In this document: in pieces, positions 39,817-50,400 of the stretch | How the letters are laid out: every line of letters begins with the position of its first letter | Position numbering within the stretch: position 1 is the stretch's first letter | Source of the DNA: a virus | Virus record (IMG/VR): IMGVR_UViG_3300025141_000031 | DNA: 64,000 nt | Reading direction: 5' to 3' (one strand) | Program-made: the position numbers and the translations under genes | The notes under the pieces: generated by a model | Databases searched by the model: none | Seen by the model: only the letters and a program-made list of their open reading frames with translations | What the model was told of the DNA's origin: nothing

Positions 39817-40485
39817 TTAATGATACCCATTTAATAATTCTAGTAGATCATCTATTGCATCATGACGATGACTATCTACTAATACTGTTTTATATACATA
39901 TTTTGAATTGGTTAATTTAGCCATATCATGATATGCAGACCAATTTTTATCTTTCAAATCAATTTGATATGAGTCTCCACAAAATATCATTTTTGAATCT
40001 TTACCTAATCTACCAATAGCCATTGCTAATTGACTTCTAGTTAAGTTTTGAAATTCATCTACTATAACAATTGAATTATCAAATGTTCTACCCCTGAAGT
40101 GTGCTAATGATACTAATTCTATTGATTCGTCTTTTTCCATTTTATCCAATATTGTAGGTTTATTATAAACCTTTCTCATATTAGATCTAATCGGAACTAA
40201 CCATGGTTCCATTTTTTCTCTTTCAGAACCTGGAAGGAATCCATTATCTTCGGTTGAAATAGTAGGTCTTGTAATGATAATTTTATTAATCTGTTTTTTG
40301 AAAAACTGATCTAATGCTACTTGTACGGCTAGTAATGTTTTACCTGAACCTGCTTTTCCTACTATAAAATTAAATGGATGTTTTAAAATTTCTGTTTTAG
40401 ATTTTTTTTGTTCTGGTGAAAGTGATAATGAAAACCGTACAGCTCCTTTTGGTGGACTCTTTACCATATTATCTTTAATTGCCAT
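39817..40485 (-). CDS. phoH: PhoH-family ATPase
   Basis: GKAGSGKT, ITRP, GFLPG..EKM.PW, RGRTF, DEFQN, GD..QIDL, HRH. Confidence 0.95.
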   Translation of the reverse strand: MAIKDNMVKSPPKGAVRFSLSLSPEQKKSKTEILKHPFNFIVGKAGSGKTLLAVQVALDQFFKKQINKIIITRPTISTEDNGFLPGSEREKMEPWLVPIRSNMRKVYNKPTILDKMEKDESIELVSLAHFRGRTFDNSIVIVDEFQNLTRSQLAMAIGRLGKDSKMIFCGDSYQIDLKDKNWSAYHDMAKLTNSKYVYKTVLVDSHRHDAIDDLLELLNGYH

Positions 40486-40525
40486 CTGTAAACTCCTTTA
40501 TGTTAAAACTATTTAATATAAATAT

Positions 40526-42283
40526 CTAGTAGTCCCATCTAATCAGGAAATTCATATCAATATCTTCCCGTTTTTGTATTGGTCTTGCTAGTTTTGCAAC
40601 TGCTAATAATCTTGCTCTATCATCATATAATCCAACTGTGGTAATATATGGTTTAAATCCACTACCTGTGAATTGTGGCATTATTAATTCGCTTTTTAAT
40701 TTTCTTAATGTTGGATTCATACTAACATTACAATCACTTGCTGGAACTTTACAAAGTACTTCATTTTCATAAATTGTTCTTGAAGATTTGTGTTCTAGGG
40801 ACCATACATTTTGTAATGCATAATAATATTTTGGTAAAGGACTTGATACTACAACTTGTCCAGTTCTATAAAATACATTTCCTGCAACTGATGTTTGGTA
40901 CGCACTACTACTATAGTAATGATTGTTAGCTAAAGATTCTATTGAACCAGATTCTAAATATGTATCATAAATTCGTATTTCATCTAAGCTTCCTGATAAA
41001 GTTGTATTTGTATTTCCTGATGAATCTAAGGCTCCAAATACTAAATGAGATGGATTCATTACACTAACATTTGTATCTGCATGATATCTATCAGTTACAC
41101 TATTATCTTTAACTCCATCAATCCAAATACCTAAATCTGATCCTGATTTTTGACATACAATATGGTGCCAATTTTGATTATCTGCTACGGCTGATGAGGC
41201 GGTAATAAATGTACTTGATGTTACTTCGAGAGTAGAAGAACCATCACTTCTACGTAATAATAATTTACCTGCATCATATCTTGGATGTGAATGATTTGTT
41301 ATAGTTATATCATAAGGAAATCTGTTACGTAAATTTTGTGTATCTGTAAGTTTTGTTGTTCTTTTATATCTACTGGTTCTTATAATTTCTGTTTCAACTC
41401 CTCGCTTAGAAATTATATTTTGTGTTGTTATTTTAGATGATGAAAATGCTTGATGTGCTGGAATATTACACCAAAATGAGATTGAAAATTCTTCATCGTT
41501 TCTAAAATTAAATTTTGGATTATTTGGTGTTAACACATATGCTGCTGAACCTGAATTCCATCTTGCGGATATTCCTGAACCTGTTATATATGTTCCTGTT
41601 GTTGGAATACCTCTTCGATATTCTACATTATAAGCTTTTGAAAATATAGCATTTTTTTCATTTACTAATTGTGGAAATAAAGCCTTATCTACATCGCCAC
41701 TTACTGCTCCAGAACCTATTTTACCAAAATTTAATTCAAAATGACGAAATTCATCATTGAATCCCCAATATGCAACTAAGTTCTTTTTAGGTGCAAAACT
41801 AGCTGAATCTATTTTTGGGTCTCGTAAATTACCATATTTATCATCATATAAATCAAATTTATCATAAGTAAGCGAACCTGTATTCGAAAGTTTAACTGAT
41901 CTACGTTTAATATTTTCTCCATGCTGGACATATGGTATTGCAATTACACTACAAGAATAAAATAAATTTTTCTCTGTATATCGTGGATTGTAATGTTCGA
42001 ATGTATTCATAGGCTGATGTTTATTTTCAGGTCTATAGAACATATGGTTTAATGCTTTCCATGTCGGGGTTTGGTATGTCCCATCAGAATTCTTTATATT
42101 GTCCGCGGATAAATTTGAAGCACTTATTGGAGTTGTTTGTACATTATGAATTCCATGACGTACGGTATAATAATTTGCTTGCCAAGATGAATTATTGGTT
42201 TTGAATGTTGTATTCGCTTCAAATGGCGTATTTGAAACATCATCTGCATTAATTGGTCTGAAAACTACTGCCCTGGAAGCCAT
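40526..42283 (-). CDS. Baseplate/fibre-attachment protein with LamG domain
   Basis: FSISFW...WHHIV...GSLDEIRIY; C-terminal PYITTVGLYDD...LLAVAKL..PI.K. Confidence 0.7.
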   Translation of the reverse strand: MASRAVVFRPINADDVSNTPFEANTTFKTNNSSWQANYYTVRHGIHNVQTTPISASNLSADNIKNSDGTYQTPTWKALNHMFYRPENKHQPMNTFEHYNPRYTEKNLFYSCSVIAIPYVQHGENIKRRSVKLSNTGSLTYDKFDLYDDKYGNLRDPKIDSASFAPKKNLVAYWGFNDEFRHFELNFGKIGSGAVSGDVDKALFPQLVNEKNAIFSKAYNVEYRRGIPTTGTYITGSGISARWNSGSAAYVLTPNNPKFNFRNDEEFSISFWCNIPAHQAFSSSKITTQNIISKRGVETEIIRTSRYKRTTKLTDTQNLRNRFPYDITITNHSHPRYDAGKLLLRRSDGSSTLEVTSSTFITASSAVADNQNWHHIVCQKSGSDLGIWIDGVKDNSVTDRYHADTNVSVMNPSHLVFGALDSSGNTNTTLSGSLDEIRIYDTYLESGSIESLANNHYYSSSAYQTSVAGNVFYRTGQVVVSSPLPKYYYALQNVWSLEHKSSRTIYENEVLCKVPASDCNVSMNPTLRKLKSELIMPQFTGSGFKPYITTVGLYDDRARLLAVAKLARPIQKREDIDMNFLIRWDY

Positions 42284-42302
42284 TTATATCCCCTTTATCG
42301 TT

Positions 42303-42334
42303 AAAACTCTCTTATACTTATAAATATAAGAGAG
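42303..42334 (-). terminator. Perfect 10-bp hairpin (terminator-like) overlapping a late promoter motif
   Basis: CTCTCTTATA-TTTATAAG-TATAAGAGAG-TTTT; ATATTTAT spans the arm/loop junction. Confidence 0.55.
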
Positions 42335-42369
42335 CTCTAAATATGATGAATTATAACGATTAGAATCTA

Positions 42370-43791
42370 TTAGAAGTCTAATTTTACTTTAATTAATGCC
42401 TCTCTTGTAAATGATTTCAATAAAGGTTTACTTAATTTCGCACAAGCTAATAATTCTCTTCTATCATTATACATACCAATAGTAGTTATATATACTTTAG
42501 GATCTCCGATAAACGAATTTTGTTTAAATCTACCATTTGATCCGGTAATAAATGTTGGATTATTTGAGAAGTTATATTCTGCATTAGTTGCTCTTACAAA
42601 ATAATGAGTTGATGTTATCTTTTCTGATGATCTTGCTTGGAAGCCTAATTTATCACCAGAATCATCAATTAAGTATGCACCTGAATGAGACATTGCAGTA
42701 TATAATTTAAATGAATTATCACCAGCTACTTCTGAACCTGATACTGTATTAAATGATGCTGATAAATTCATTCCACTACCACCTATTGCAATAATTCCTA
42801 AATCTGGATATATTAGTCCATAATGAATTGGATTATCTTGTTGGTACACTCCTTGTTCAATTGAACCAGAAACCATATTATATCTTCTTCCGAAATGTCC
42901 TCTTCTAACTGAGATTGCAGAAGTTATTTTTGAATCATCAATTAATCTAATGTGAGGACAAAGTGCTGATCCTAATAATGGACGAACACCATCAGCTGAT
43001 GATGTATTTGAATTATTACCTTGGTTTGCTCCTGCCGCAAATTTAGATCCTGATAGTTCAGCTAAACATACTTCAACGTTTCCTTCATCTAATCTTTCTC
43101 TCATTAATGCTCTATTAACATTAATAAAATACATATCATCTTCATCTGTACCATTAACGGTAAATTTTTTATCGTCTGGTTCTAAACATAATAATCTATA
43201 TTGAGAATAAATAGCTCTTGCTGGTGTATCATTAACTTGTCCTCCTTCATCTGCAGAACCTGAACCATTAACATGGCCCCAAGCAACACTAAACATTGCA
43301 GATGATGTTATATCTTGAAGTACTCCATTACTAGTATTATTATCTCCATTCCAAACTTCGTAATAATATCTTTTTTGAGTTGAAGTCATTCTAGATGATG
43401 TATGGAATGTAAGTTGATTACCTATATTGTTTGGAAATAATCCTCTAGTTACTATTTCTTGCTGATTTGGGATAACATCAGTATCAAGATCAAATTCCGT
43501 AAAGATTCGTCCGTTTCGTGCAGCTAATCTCGCTCTTTCTCTTTGAGCAATTAATTGATTTGCAATTTGTCTTGCTCTTCTTTCTATTTCGATATTTCTT
43601 ATCTTAGCCGCATTAGCTATATCTCTTACACTATCAGATTGTAAGACTGGCGAAGTTCTACCTGGTCGAGACCTCATTGGACTAGCTACCCTAGATCTTG
43701 GACTTCTGGCTTTAAATCGGCCACCCCAACCTCCTCTCGCGATCATGGAAGAACCGTTATAACTTGATTTGTTTCTTTTTAATGATGTCAT
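42370..43791 (-). CDS. Baseplate/fibre-attachment protein with C-terminus paralogous to 40526..42283
   Basis: VYITTIGMYND..ELLA.AKLSKPL.K; Arg-rich N-terminal extension. Confidence 0.7.
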   Translation of the reverse strand: MTSLKRNKSSYNGSSMIARGGWGGRFKARSPRSRVASPMRSRPGRTSPVLQSDSVRDIANAAKIRNIEIERRARQIANQLIAQRERARLAARNGRIFTEFDLDTDVIPNQQEIVTRGLFPNNIGNQLTFHTSSRMTSTQKRYYYEVWNGDNNTSNGVLQDITSSAMFSVAWGHVNGSGSADEGGQVNDTPARAIYSQYRLLCLEPDDKKFTVNGTDEDDMYFINVNRALMRERLDEGNVEVCLAELSGSKFAAGANQGNNSNTSSADGVRPLLGSALCPHIRLIDDSKITSAISVRRGHFGRRYNMVSGSIEQGVYQQDNPIHYGLIYPDLGIIAIGGSGMNLSASFNTVSGSEVAGDNSFKLYTAMSHSGAYLIDDSGDKLGFQARSSEKITSTHYFVRATNAEYNFSNNPTFITGSNGRFKQNSFIGDPKVYITTIGMYNDRRELLACAKLSKPLLKSFTREALIKVKLDF

Positions 43792-43810
43792 AATTTATTA
43801 TCCCTATTTA

Positions 43811-44485
43811 TTACATAGCCTCTAAAGCTACTCCTGGTGTTGTTTCTAATTCTTGTTTTTCTATTGTCAAGTTAATAGTAACACTACCACCTGTTTCATT
43901 ACCAACAACTGTTATAGTTGCTGTTTTATCTTCGACTGGTTGAGCTTTTGCTATAATTTCAAATGACAATCCTTGTACCGTTACTGTTTGAGCTGCTTCG
44001 TTATCACCAATAAATGCTGGTACTGTTGCTCCTGCTCCTGACCTACCTGTTCCTCTAGTTACTCTTATGTAGGCTGCATCTGAATCAGATAAAATTGCTG
44101 TATAGCCAAATGTTTGGTTTCCTCTATTAAAGTTTCTAGTATACGGTCTAATTGAAGCTGTACCACCACTTGATAATGTAATATTTTTATTCTGTACAGA
44201 AATTACAGGGATTCTAGTTGATCTAGATGGTAATGTAACTAACTTATATTTCATCATCTGTGTTTCGTCTGGTAATGCTTCTATTACCGGCATGTTCTCA
44301 ATTACAACACCATAATATGCTGTTCCAAGCGGATGATCTGGGTTCCATAAATCGTAATCTATTTCATCATCTGCAAGCGAAAATTGTGTTATTTTAAATT
44401 CGTCACGGCCCCTTGCTAATAATTGACGTCCTTTTTTTGTCAATATTGCGTCCACCGTAATTGAACTGTTATCTAAATATCCCAT
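43811..44485 (-). CDS. Baseplate/tail-collar-like protein
   Basis: DAILTKKGRQLLA....ITQFSLADDEIDY. Confidence 0.65.
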   Translation of the reverse strand: MGYLDNSSITVDAILTKKGRQLLARGRDEFKITQFSLADDEIDYDLWNPDHPLGTAYYGVVIENMPVIEALPDETQMMKYKLVTLPSRSTRIPVISVQNKNITLSSGGTASIRPYTRNFNRGNQTFGYTAILSDSDAAYIRVTRGTGRSGAGATVPAFIGDNEAAQTVTVQGLSFEIIAKAQPVEDKTATITVVGNETGGSVTINLTIEKQELETTPGVALEAM

Positions 44486-44540
44486 AGTTAATTCCTCTTT
44501 ATTTTTAAATAAATATGTTTATAGGTAAAAAGTATACCAT

Positions 44541-47500
44541 TTATACAACATCTAAATTAGCGCCATCTGGTAAATCTTTCTTATATACTAAACTATATCT
44601 GTTTCTTATTGTTACTTTTACTACTTCTTCGCCATTTATATCGTCTGTTGATGGTACATTAATTGCTGGGGCTGTTAATTTTGAACCTTCATAATAAGAT
44701 GAGTCGGCTGGATCATCTCTATAATCTGCTGGTTGTAATGAATGGCTTGTTGCCCATTGTCCTAAATCTGTTAATGGTGCAAACCCATTGCTCCTTATTC
44801 TTCTTGTCATAGTTTCACGACCTCTTCTTTGTTGTGTATCTATATCTCTTTCTGCTCTTAAATGTGGATACTTATTTAAGTATCGAATATCTTGAGTAGT
44901 TAATTTTTTATTCCATGCCCTTACTTGTCCAATACTTCCAGAGAATCCTAAAGTTCTTGTACCGGATACATATCCTGAGCCTATTGCTTCAAAACCAAAA
45001 GATCCTGAATTTACTGGATCACTTCCAATTGCCTTACTTGAAGTTCCTAAACTTATTCCGTTTTGCCAAAATTCCATAACTGCATTAGATGGTTCTCTTC
45101 CATCATATGTAATTACAAAATGATTTAGATCTGTTCTATCATTTAGGCTTGATGTTATTATTTTTTTTGGTGATGACCAATAATCGGCTGATAAGGCTCT
45201 TACTTGTAATGGACCTGCAGATGAAAGTGCAAAATATGGTTGAGAAGTAGCAGTAAACATTGATGGATTATTATCTTCTGCAGAAGTAGCGGTATCATTA
45301 TCTGCTCCCATAAATATACTACCTGTGCCATGGAACCCTGCCGCCTCTTTCATAAGCCATGATAATGTCCAACGTTCTTTATATCCATAATCACCACCTA
45401 ATCTTAAGTTAGGTATTTGTACATATTCTTTTCCTCTTTTATCTACTGATTGCGATAAAGAACAACTAATTACTAATAAGTTTCCTGTAAATCTATTATG
45501 AGTTACTGATTCATATTGTGGTGATGCAATTGGAAGAGGATTACCTGTACTACTATTAGCGGTATCTCCTGCTAATACTTTTGAATGCGAAATACTATGT
45601 GCATAATTGGTAGTTAAATCTAAAAATTTACCATTTGCCTTTCTTACATTTAATGGATAATGTCTAGCAGCTGCATCGGCTGGTCCGTAATGAAAAACTT
45701 TCTTTTGGAATGTCGCTGATTTTCTTTGTTCATATATATGAGAACCAGTAGGTGAATATTCTAATGAATGTTTTGATGACGTTATCCAAGTTGAACCTGA
45801 AAGTACAACTCCTACATGTTTATAAACAGCTCCTGGATAACCATTTTGAATTCTAAATAAATCTATTCCTGGATCTGGTGCATCATTAGATCCTGAATGT
45901 GGCATTCGTAATACAAGTATATGGTCGGCTGACATAGAACCTGTTGTTATATTTATTGAGGAAGTTAAACTTCCAGACATGTCAGATGTAAGATTTATAA
46001 TATTTCCAGGTATAGAACTTGTATAGGTCAGATGTTCAGCATCAGCTGTCCATTTATTATCAATTGAAGCTGTATAATGCATTGGTTCTCCATGCACAGG
46101 TTCCGTTACACCAATTGAAGCTGTATAATGTAATGGTTCCATTAATGGATCTGGAAATGGATCTGGTATAGTATCTTCCCAATGTAATTCTTCTCTTGAT
46201 GGTTGAGCTTCGACCATTACTTTTGATCTTTCTAATACACTTGGTTCAATAATTAATCCTACATCAGCATTTGTTCTTACCGGGATTAATTGTTTCACTT
46301 GTGTAAAGAATGAGAAATCAAATAATGCAAAAATTCTTATATATGCATTTAAATCATTATCATTATCATACTTTTTCCAGTATTGGTATGCAAAGTTTTT
46401 ATATCTAGGATATTCATCTTTATATTGATCTTCTGCAGAGCCAAAATAATCATCTAATGCAGTTCCACCTATTTGATTATATATATCTTTATTAATCATG
46501 TCTTGAGGTGAAAAGAATATTCCTAATTTATTTGAATCAGTAGATGCTATATCATATTCACTAACTTCACCACGCGTTTCATGATCTAATGGATGAACTA
46601 ATTTATTATCTTCTATTCTTATTTTTGCAGATTTAAGATTTTTTCCTCCAATACTTGGTCCATGTATATAATATGTCTCATCTACACGTTCATAATGATC
46701 ATTATTTACTGTATCAGCTGGAGTTAAAAATCCTGATGCTGTTGCATATGTATCTCCTGAATCAGAACCACTTGGATCTGAAAAATCTAATATTGCTTGG
46801 TTAGGATGACTTGATGATATAAATAATGTTTTAGTATGATCATATCCAATCTGATTAGTTCCGAGTGGATAATGTCTTACTAATGTATCAAATGATGATG
46901 ATGGTGATAAACTTGATACATATGATTTTGGATTCAATGTATGTTTATCAAATGCACTTTGTCCGAGATCTTCTAACCATTCTCTATATTCTTGCATTGA
47001 ACCAGAGAATGTTCCACAACCTGGTTGTGTATTTGGTGATGGTATTGAAACGTCATTACCATGTAATGCTCGGTTTAAATATTCATTACATTTATGTTGA
47101 TTTCCATTTGAATATGATCCTGTATTTCCTCCTAGGTGTGATCCTCTTGATTCATTAGAAGTAGCCCATGCATTAAAATGTTCTGGAAATATTGGTGTTA
47201 AACTTAAACTGGCTGAATGTACTATTTGTCCAGTTACATAATCTGATGCTTGTTGTACTTGTACATGGTATGTTGTATTTAAGTTTGCTGCATTATTATA
47301 TATTCCAGAATCTGAACCGGTTGCTTGCCAATACCATCTTAAATTCCAAAAATTTCCATCATATATTGGAACCCAATCCGATGACGCACTCATTGGAGTT
47401 GTATTAGCCATCGATCGACCGTGTATTAAATGTACTCTACCGTAATTACCACTTCCAGAATATGAACCTGTATGTTCAATTGCAAGGTGTGACATTATTC

Positions 47501-50390
47501 TATGATCTCCACTTGTATGGTATGCTGTTGAGAATAATAACATACTTGACGTTATTGCAGGTTTGAATCTAAATTCTCTTGTTTGTTCAGGTATATCTGC
47601 ACCTTCAGTTAGATATGGTTTTATATATCCCCAATTACCAATTGTGGTATTATAATAATCTGCTGGCCAGACTAATGATGAATGTCCTCCTGACCCACTA
47701 GCGAATTCTAATGCATATGTAAATTGATCATATATTCCTGCGGGTTCTGTTTTGGCCATTTTTGGTCCACCATATTCTCTTATACTTAATAAAGATTCTG
47801 GAATACCATAACATGATAATAAAGCTTTAACTGATCTAGATGTTCCTTTTGTTTTAAGTAAGTAAGGTAAATTATTAACTACCCTTCTCCATACTTGATG
47901 AGTCAATCCTTCTTTTGGTTCTGCATATACTGTCGCTGATGATTGAGTAACGTAATTAGTTACATTTGTATATAACTCAGATATTTCATCTGCAGATAGT
48001 AATCTGTTATAAACTCTAAACTCATCTAATGAGCCTACAAAATTACTCGTTGGAGTTCCAGAATTATCTTCATCTCTTGCTCCAATAATAGGTTTTGGAT
48101 AATCACCTGTTTGTTCTGGTCCTATATCATGTGATGAACTAACACTAATATCTGTAGTGTCTACTAGTACTCCATCAAAGTATGATGTCATGTTTGCAGA
48201 TCTATCTACATTAAATAAAATATGATGCCAACCATTTGAGTTACCATTAGTCGATGCTCCTTCTACTGTATCAATATCTAGATATGACGATGATACTGCT
48301 CGGTTATATGATGAAGTTGCATGACCTAGTGTTATACCATGGTACCCTCCCGAACCTGAGTAGTATTGGTTCAAATGGATTCCAGCATTTTTATGTGATT
48401 TAACTACAAAACCACTTCCTGCAGCGGTAGTTCCATACGAACCACTTGATGCGTCAAAGATAATTCCTTCTGTTACTCCATTTCCTCCTTGAGTAACATC
48501 TTTAACCCAAAAGGAAACTGCATAATCTTTATTACTGTAATCGATTACCGTATTATATTTTAAATAATTCGAACCATCAAAATATGCTCCATGGCCATGT
48601 TTACCTTTTACAAATGTTGGTTGACTATAATCTTCTAATAAATTAAGATTACCACTATAATCTATAAAATTCTTTCTTGCAAAATCAGGACGTCCTTCAT
48701 CGAATGGAACATATAAATGTAAATCTTTTATTGATCTTTCATTTATCTTTCCATATTCTCCCTCTTCATTTGTACCTAATAAATATTCAAATAATCTTTC
48801 AGATTGATTTCCATTTACTAAATGCCATCCTAATCCTTTTGCTGCATCATATAATAAGTCTTTTGATAATCCGTGAGCGTAATGTTCATCTCTATTCCAT
48901 ACATCTGTTTGATGTTTAATATATGACCACATGATATCATAATGGTGACCTATCATATTAACAAAGATTTCAAACTCTGAGTTTTGTGCATCATCTCTAA
49001 TATGTTCTGGAACTGTTTTTATTAAAGCATTTGAATTATGTACATCCCATAATGATGCTGATGCATGTATTCCTTCATACCATGCTATAGCTTGAGAAGA
49101 TGTTGTATGACATAATGTATATTGATTTTTAATAACTGGTTTACCTGTGGTAGATACTCCATATCCTTCTTTTGGCCAAGTATCAATATGGAATGTATCA
49201 TGAAAAATATTTGAACCAGATACACCATGTGTATAATGTGATCCAGAAATTAAATTTTCATAATACAAATATTTTTCAAATCCATCAAATCCACCAATTA
49301 CATTATCTTTATATTTTCTATATAATACTTTATTAGCATTTACTTCTGATGACTCTGATATATTATTTAATGTTCCGACTTGAGCATCATAATATTCAAT
49401 CAATCCAACCTTATATTTAAAGTTTGCAATTCTTTCTGCTCCAGAACTATAATTAACAAAATTTTGAAATCCTGAATAATCAATACCTAAATGAGATCCT
49501 GCTAATGATCCACTGAATACTTTATCTATTATTTGTTGTGATGTAGATAAAGAACTTCCTAATAATTCGTTCCAATTTTGAAAATTAGTTTCAACAATTT
49601 TTCCATATTTTACATCCGTTTCAAAGTTTGGTCCTTTTAACGTCCTACTTGGAGCTACAACTGGTCTTTTGTATAAAACAACATTATCTGTATATGGTTG
49701 TCTAACTTGTTGAACTATCCAGAATCTTCTTTTTTCTCTTACATCTAAAGGTAATGGTTGATATAACTTAACATATAATTCTTCCATTCCTTGAAGGTAT
49801 ACATAATTAACGAATTGGTACAGTTCGTTACGACCAAAATTCATGAATAATAAGTTTCTAAATCCACTTTCTCCGCATAATTCTTGACGTCTGGTGTGGA
49901 ACATCATTAACTGTTCTTTGGTAGTTACCTCAGGTACATCTAAGGTTGTTGTAGATTTTAATTTTTGATTTATAACATCATTACCAATTTTAATTAATAG
50001 TTCTGTCCTATCTGGTGAGATCTGTTTAATATATAAGTTTGGGTTATTATCATTTCCAATGAGTGTCCTATGAAAGTTTAGAACTAATTTATATGAACCT
50101 TGATTAATTCCTAGATCTTCAAAATTCTTAGCAACATCAAATTGTATGAAACTATCTTCTGTTGCAAAATGTTTCCAATGATCTGCTTCATGATCACTAG
50201 TAGTATAACTTCCTAATATATTATATACATGTAATTCTATAACTTCGTCTAAGGCTGGGTCATCAAATTTCGTTATTTCAACGAGTTCGTGATTAATGAT
50301 ATCCGCGTCTACAGCTCGAAGTTGCATTGCATCAAGTGGTTTACTTGATTTTATTATGTTATCGCTATTTAAATATTGATCTAATGACAT
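44541..50390 (-). CDS. Large baseplate wedge-like protein with LamG domains
   Basis: F.NMIGHHYD..W.YI; NNLPYLLKTKGT.RS...L..CYGIP...L.IREYGG; LamG motifs WHHI, GSLDEFRVYNR.L. Confidence 0.7.
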   Translation of the reverse strand: MSLDQYLNSDNIIKSSKPLDAMQLRAVDADIINHELVEITKFDDPALDEVIELHVYNILGSYTTSDHEADHWKHFATEDSFIQFDVAKNFEDLGINQGSYKLVLNFHRTLIGNDNNPNLYIKQISPDRTELLIKIGNDVINQKLKSTTTLDVPEVTTKEQLMMFHTRRQELCGESGFRNLLFMNFGRNELYQFVNYVYLQGMEELYVKLYQPLPLDVREKRRFWIVQQVRQPYTDNVVLYKRPVVAPSRTLKGPNFETDVKYGKIVETNFQNWNELLGSSLSTSQQIIDKVFSGSLAGSHLGIDYSGFQNFVNYSSGAERIANFKYKVGLIEYYDAQVGTLNNISESSEVNANKVLYRKYKDNVIGGFDGFEKYLYYENLISGSHYTHGVSGSNIFHDTFHIDTWPKEGYGVSTTGKPVIKNQYTLCHTTSSQAIAWYEGIHASASLWDVHNSNALIKTVPEHIRDDAQNSEFEIFVNMIGHHYDIMWSYIKHQTDVWNRDEHYAHGLSKDLLYDAAKGLGWHLVNGNQSERLFEYLLGTNEEGEYGKINERSIKDLHLYVPFDEGRPDFARKNFIDYSGNLNLLEDYSQPTFVKGKHGHGAYFDGSNYLKYNTVIDYSNKDYAVSFWVKDVTQGGNGVTEGIIFDASSGSYGTTAAGSGFVVKSHKNAGIHLNQYYSGSGGYHGITLGHATSSYNRAVSSSYLDIDTVEGASTNGNSNGWHHILFNVDRSANMTSYFDGVLVDTTDISVSSSHDIGPEQTGDYPKPIIGARDEDNSGTPTSNFVGSLDEFRVYNRLLSADEISELYTNVTNYVTQSSATVYAEPKEGLTHQVWRRVVNNLPYLLKTKGTSRSVKALLSCYGIPESLLSIREYGGPKMAKTEPAGIYDQFTYALEFASGSGGHSSLVWPADYYNTTIGNWGYIKPYLTEGADIPEQTREFRFKPAITSSMLLFSTAYHTSGDHRIMSHLAIEHTGSYSGSGNYGRVHLIHGRSMANTTPMSASSDWVPIYDGNFWNLRWYWQATGSDSGIYNNAANLNTTYHVQVQQASDYVTGQIVHSASLSLTPIFPEHFNAWATSNESRGSHLGGNTGSYSNGNQHKCNEYLNRALHGNDVSIPSPNTQPGCGTFSGSMQEYREWLEDLGQSAFDKHTLNPKSYVSSLSPSSSFDTLVRHYPLGTNQIGYDHTKTLFISSSHPNQAILDFSDPSGSDSGDTYATASGFLTPADTVNNDHYERVDETYYIHGPSIGGKNLKSAKIRIEDNKLVHPLDHETRGEVSEYDIASTDSNKLGIFFSPQDMINKDIYNQIGGTALDDYFGSAEDQYKDEYPRYKNFAYQYWKKYDNDNDLNAYIRIFALFDFSFFTQVKQLIPVRTNADVGLIIEPSVLERSKVMVEAQPSREELHWEDTIPDPFPDPLMEPLHYTASIGVTEPVHGEPMHYTASIDNKWTADAEHLTYTSSIPGNIINLTSDMSGSLTSSINITTGSMSADHILVLRMPHSGSNDAPDPGIDLFRIQNGYPGAVYKHVGVVLSGSTWITSSKHSLEYSPTGSHIYEQRKSATFQKKVFHYGPADAAARHYPLNVRKANGKFLDLTTNYAHSISHSKVLAGDTANSSTGNPLPIASPQYESVTHNRFTGNLLVISCSLSQSVDKRGKEYVQIPNLRLGGDYGYKERWTLSWLMKEAAGFHGTGSIFMGADNDTATSAEDNNPSMFTATSQPYFALSSAGPLQVRALSADYWSSPKKIITSSLNDRTDLNHFVITYDGREPSNAVMEFWQNGISLGTSSKAIGSDPVNSGSFGFEAIGSGYVSGTRTLGFSGSIGQVRAWNKKLTTQDIRYLNKYPHLRAERDIDTQQRRGRETMTRRIRSNGFAPLTDLGQWATSHSLQPADYRDDPADSSYYEGSKLTAPAINVPSTDDINGEEVVKVTIRNRYSLVYKKDLPDGANLDVV

Positions 50391-50400
50391 TTAATCCTTT

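Noticed and set aside
46061-46130. 19-nt direct repeat at 51-bp spacing (HYTASI)
   Set aside because: An in-frame coding duplication with only two exact copies; not CRISPR.
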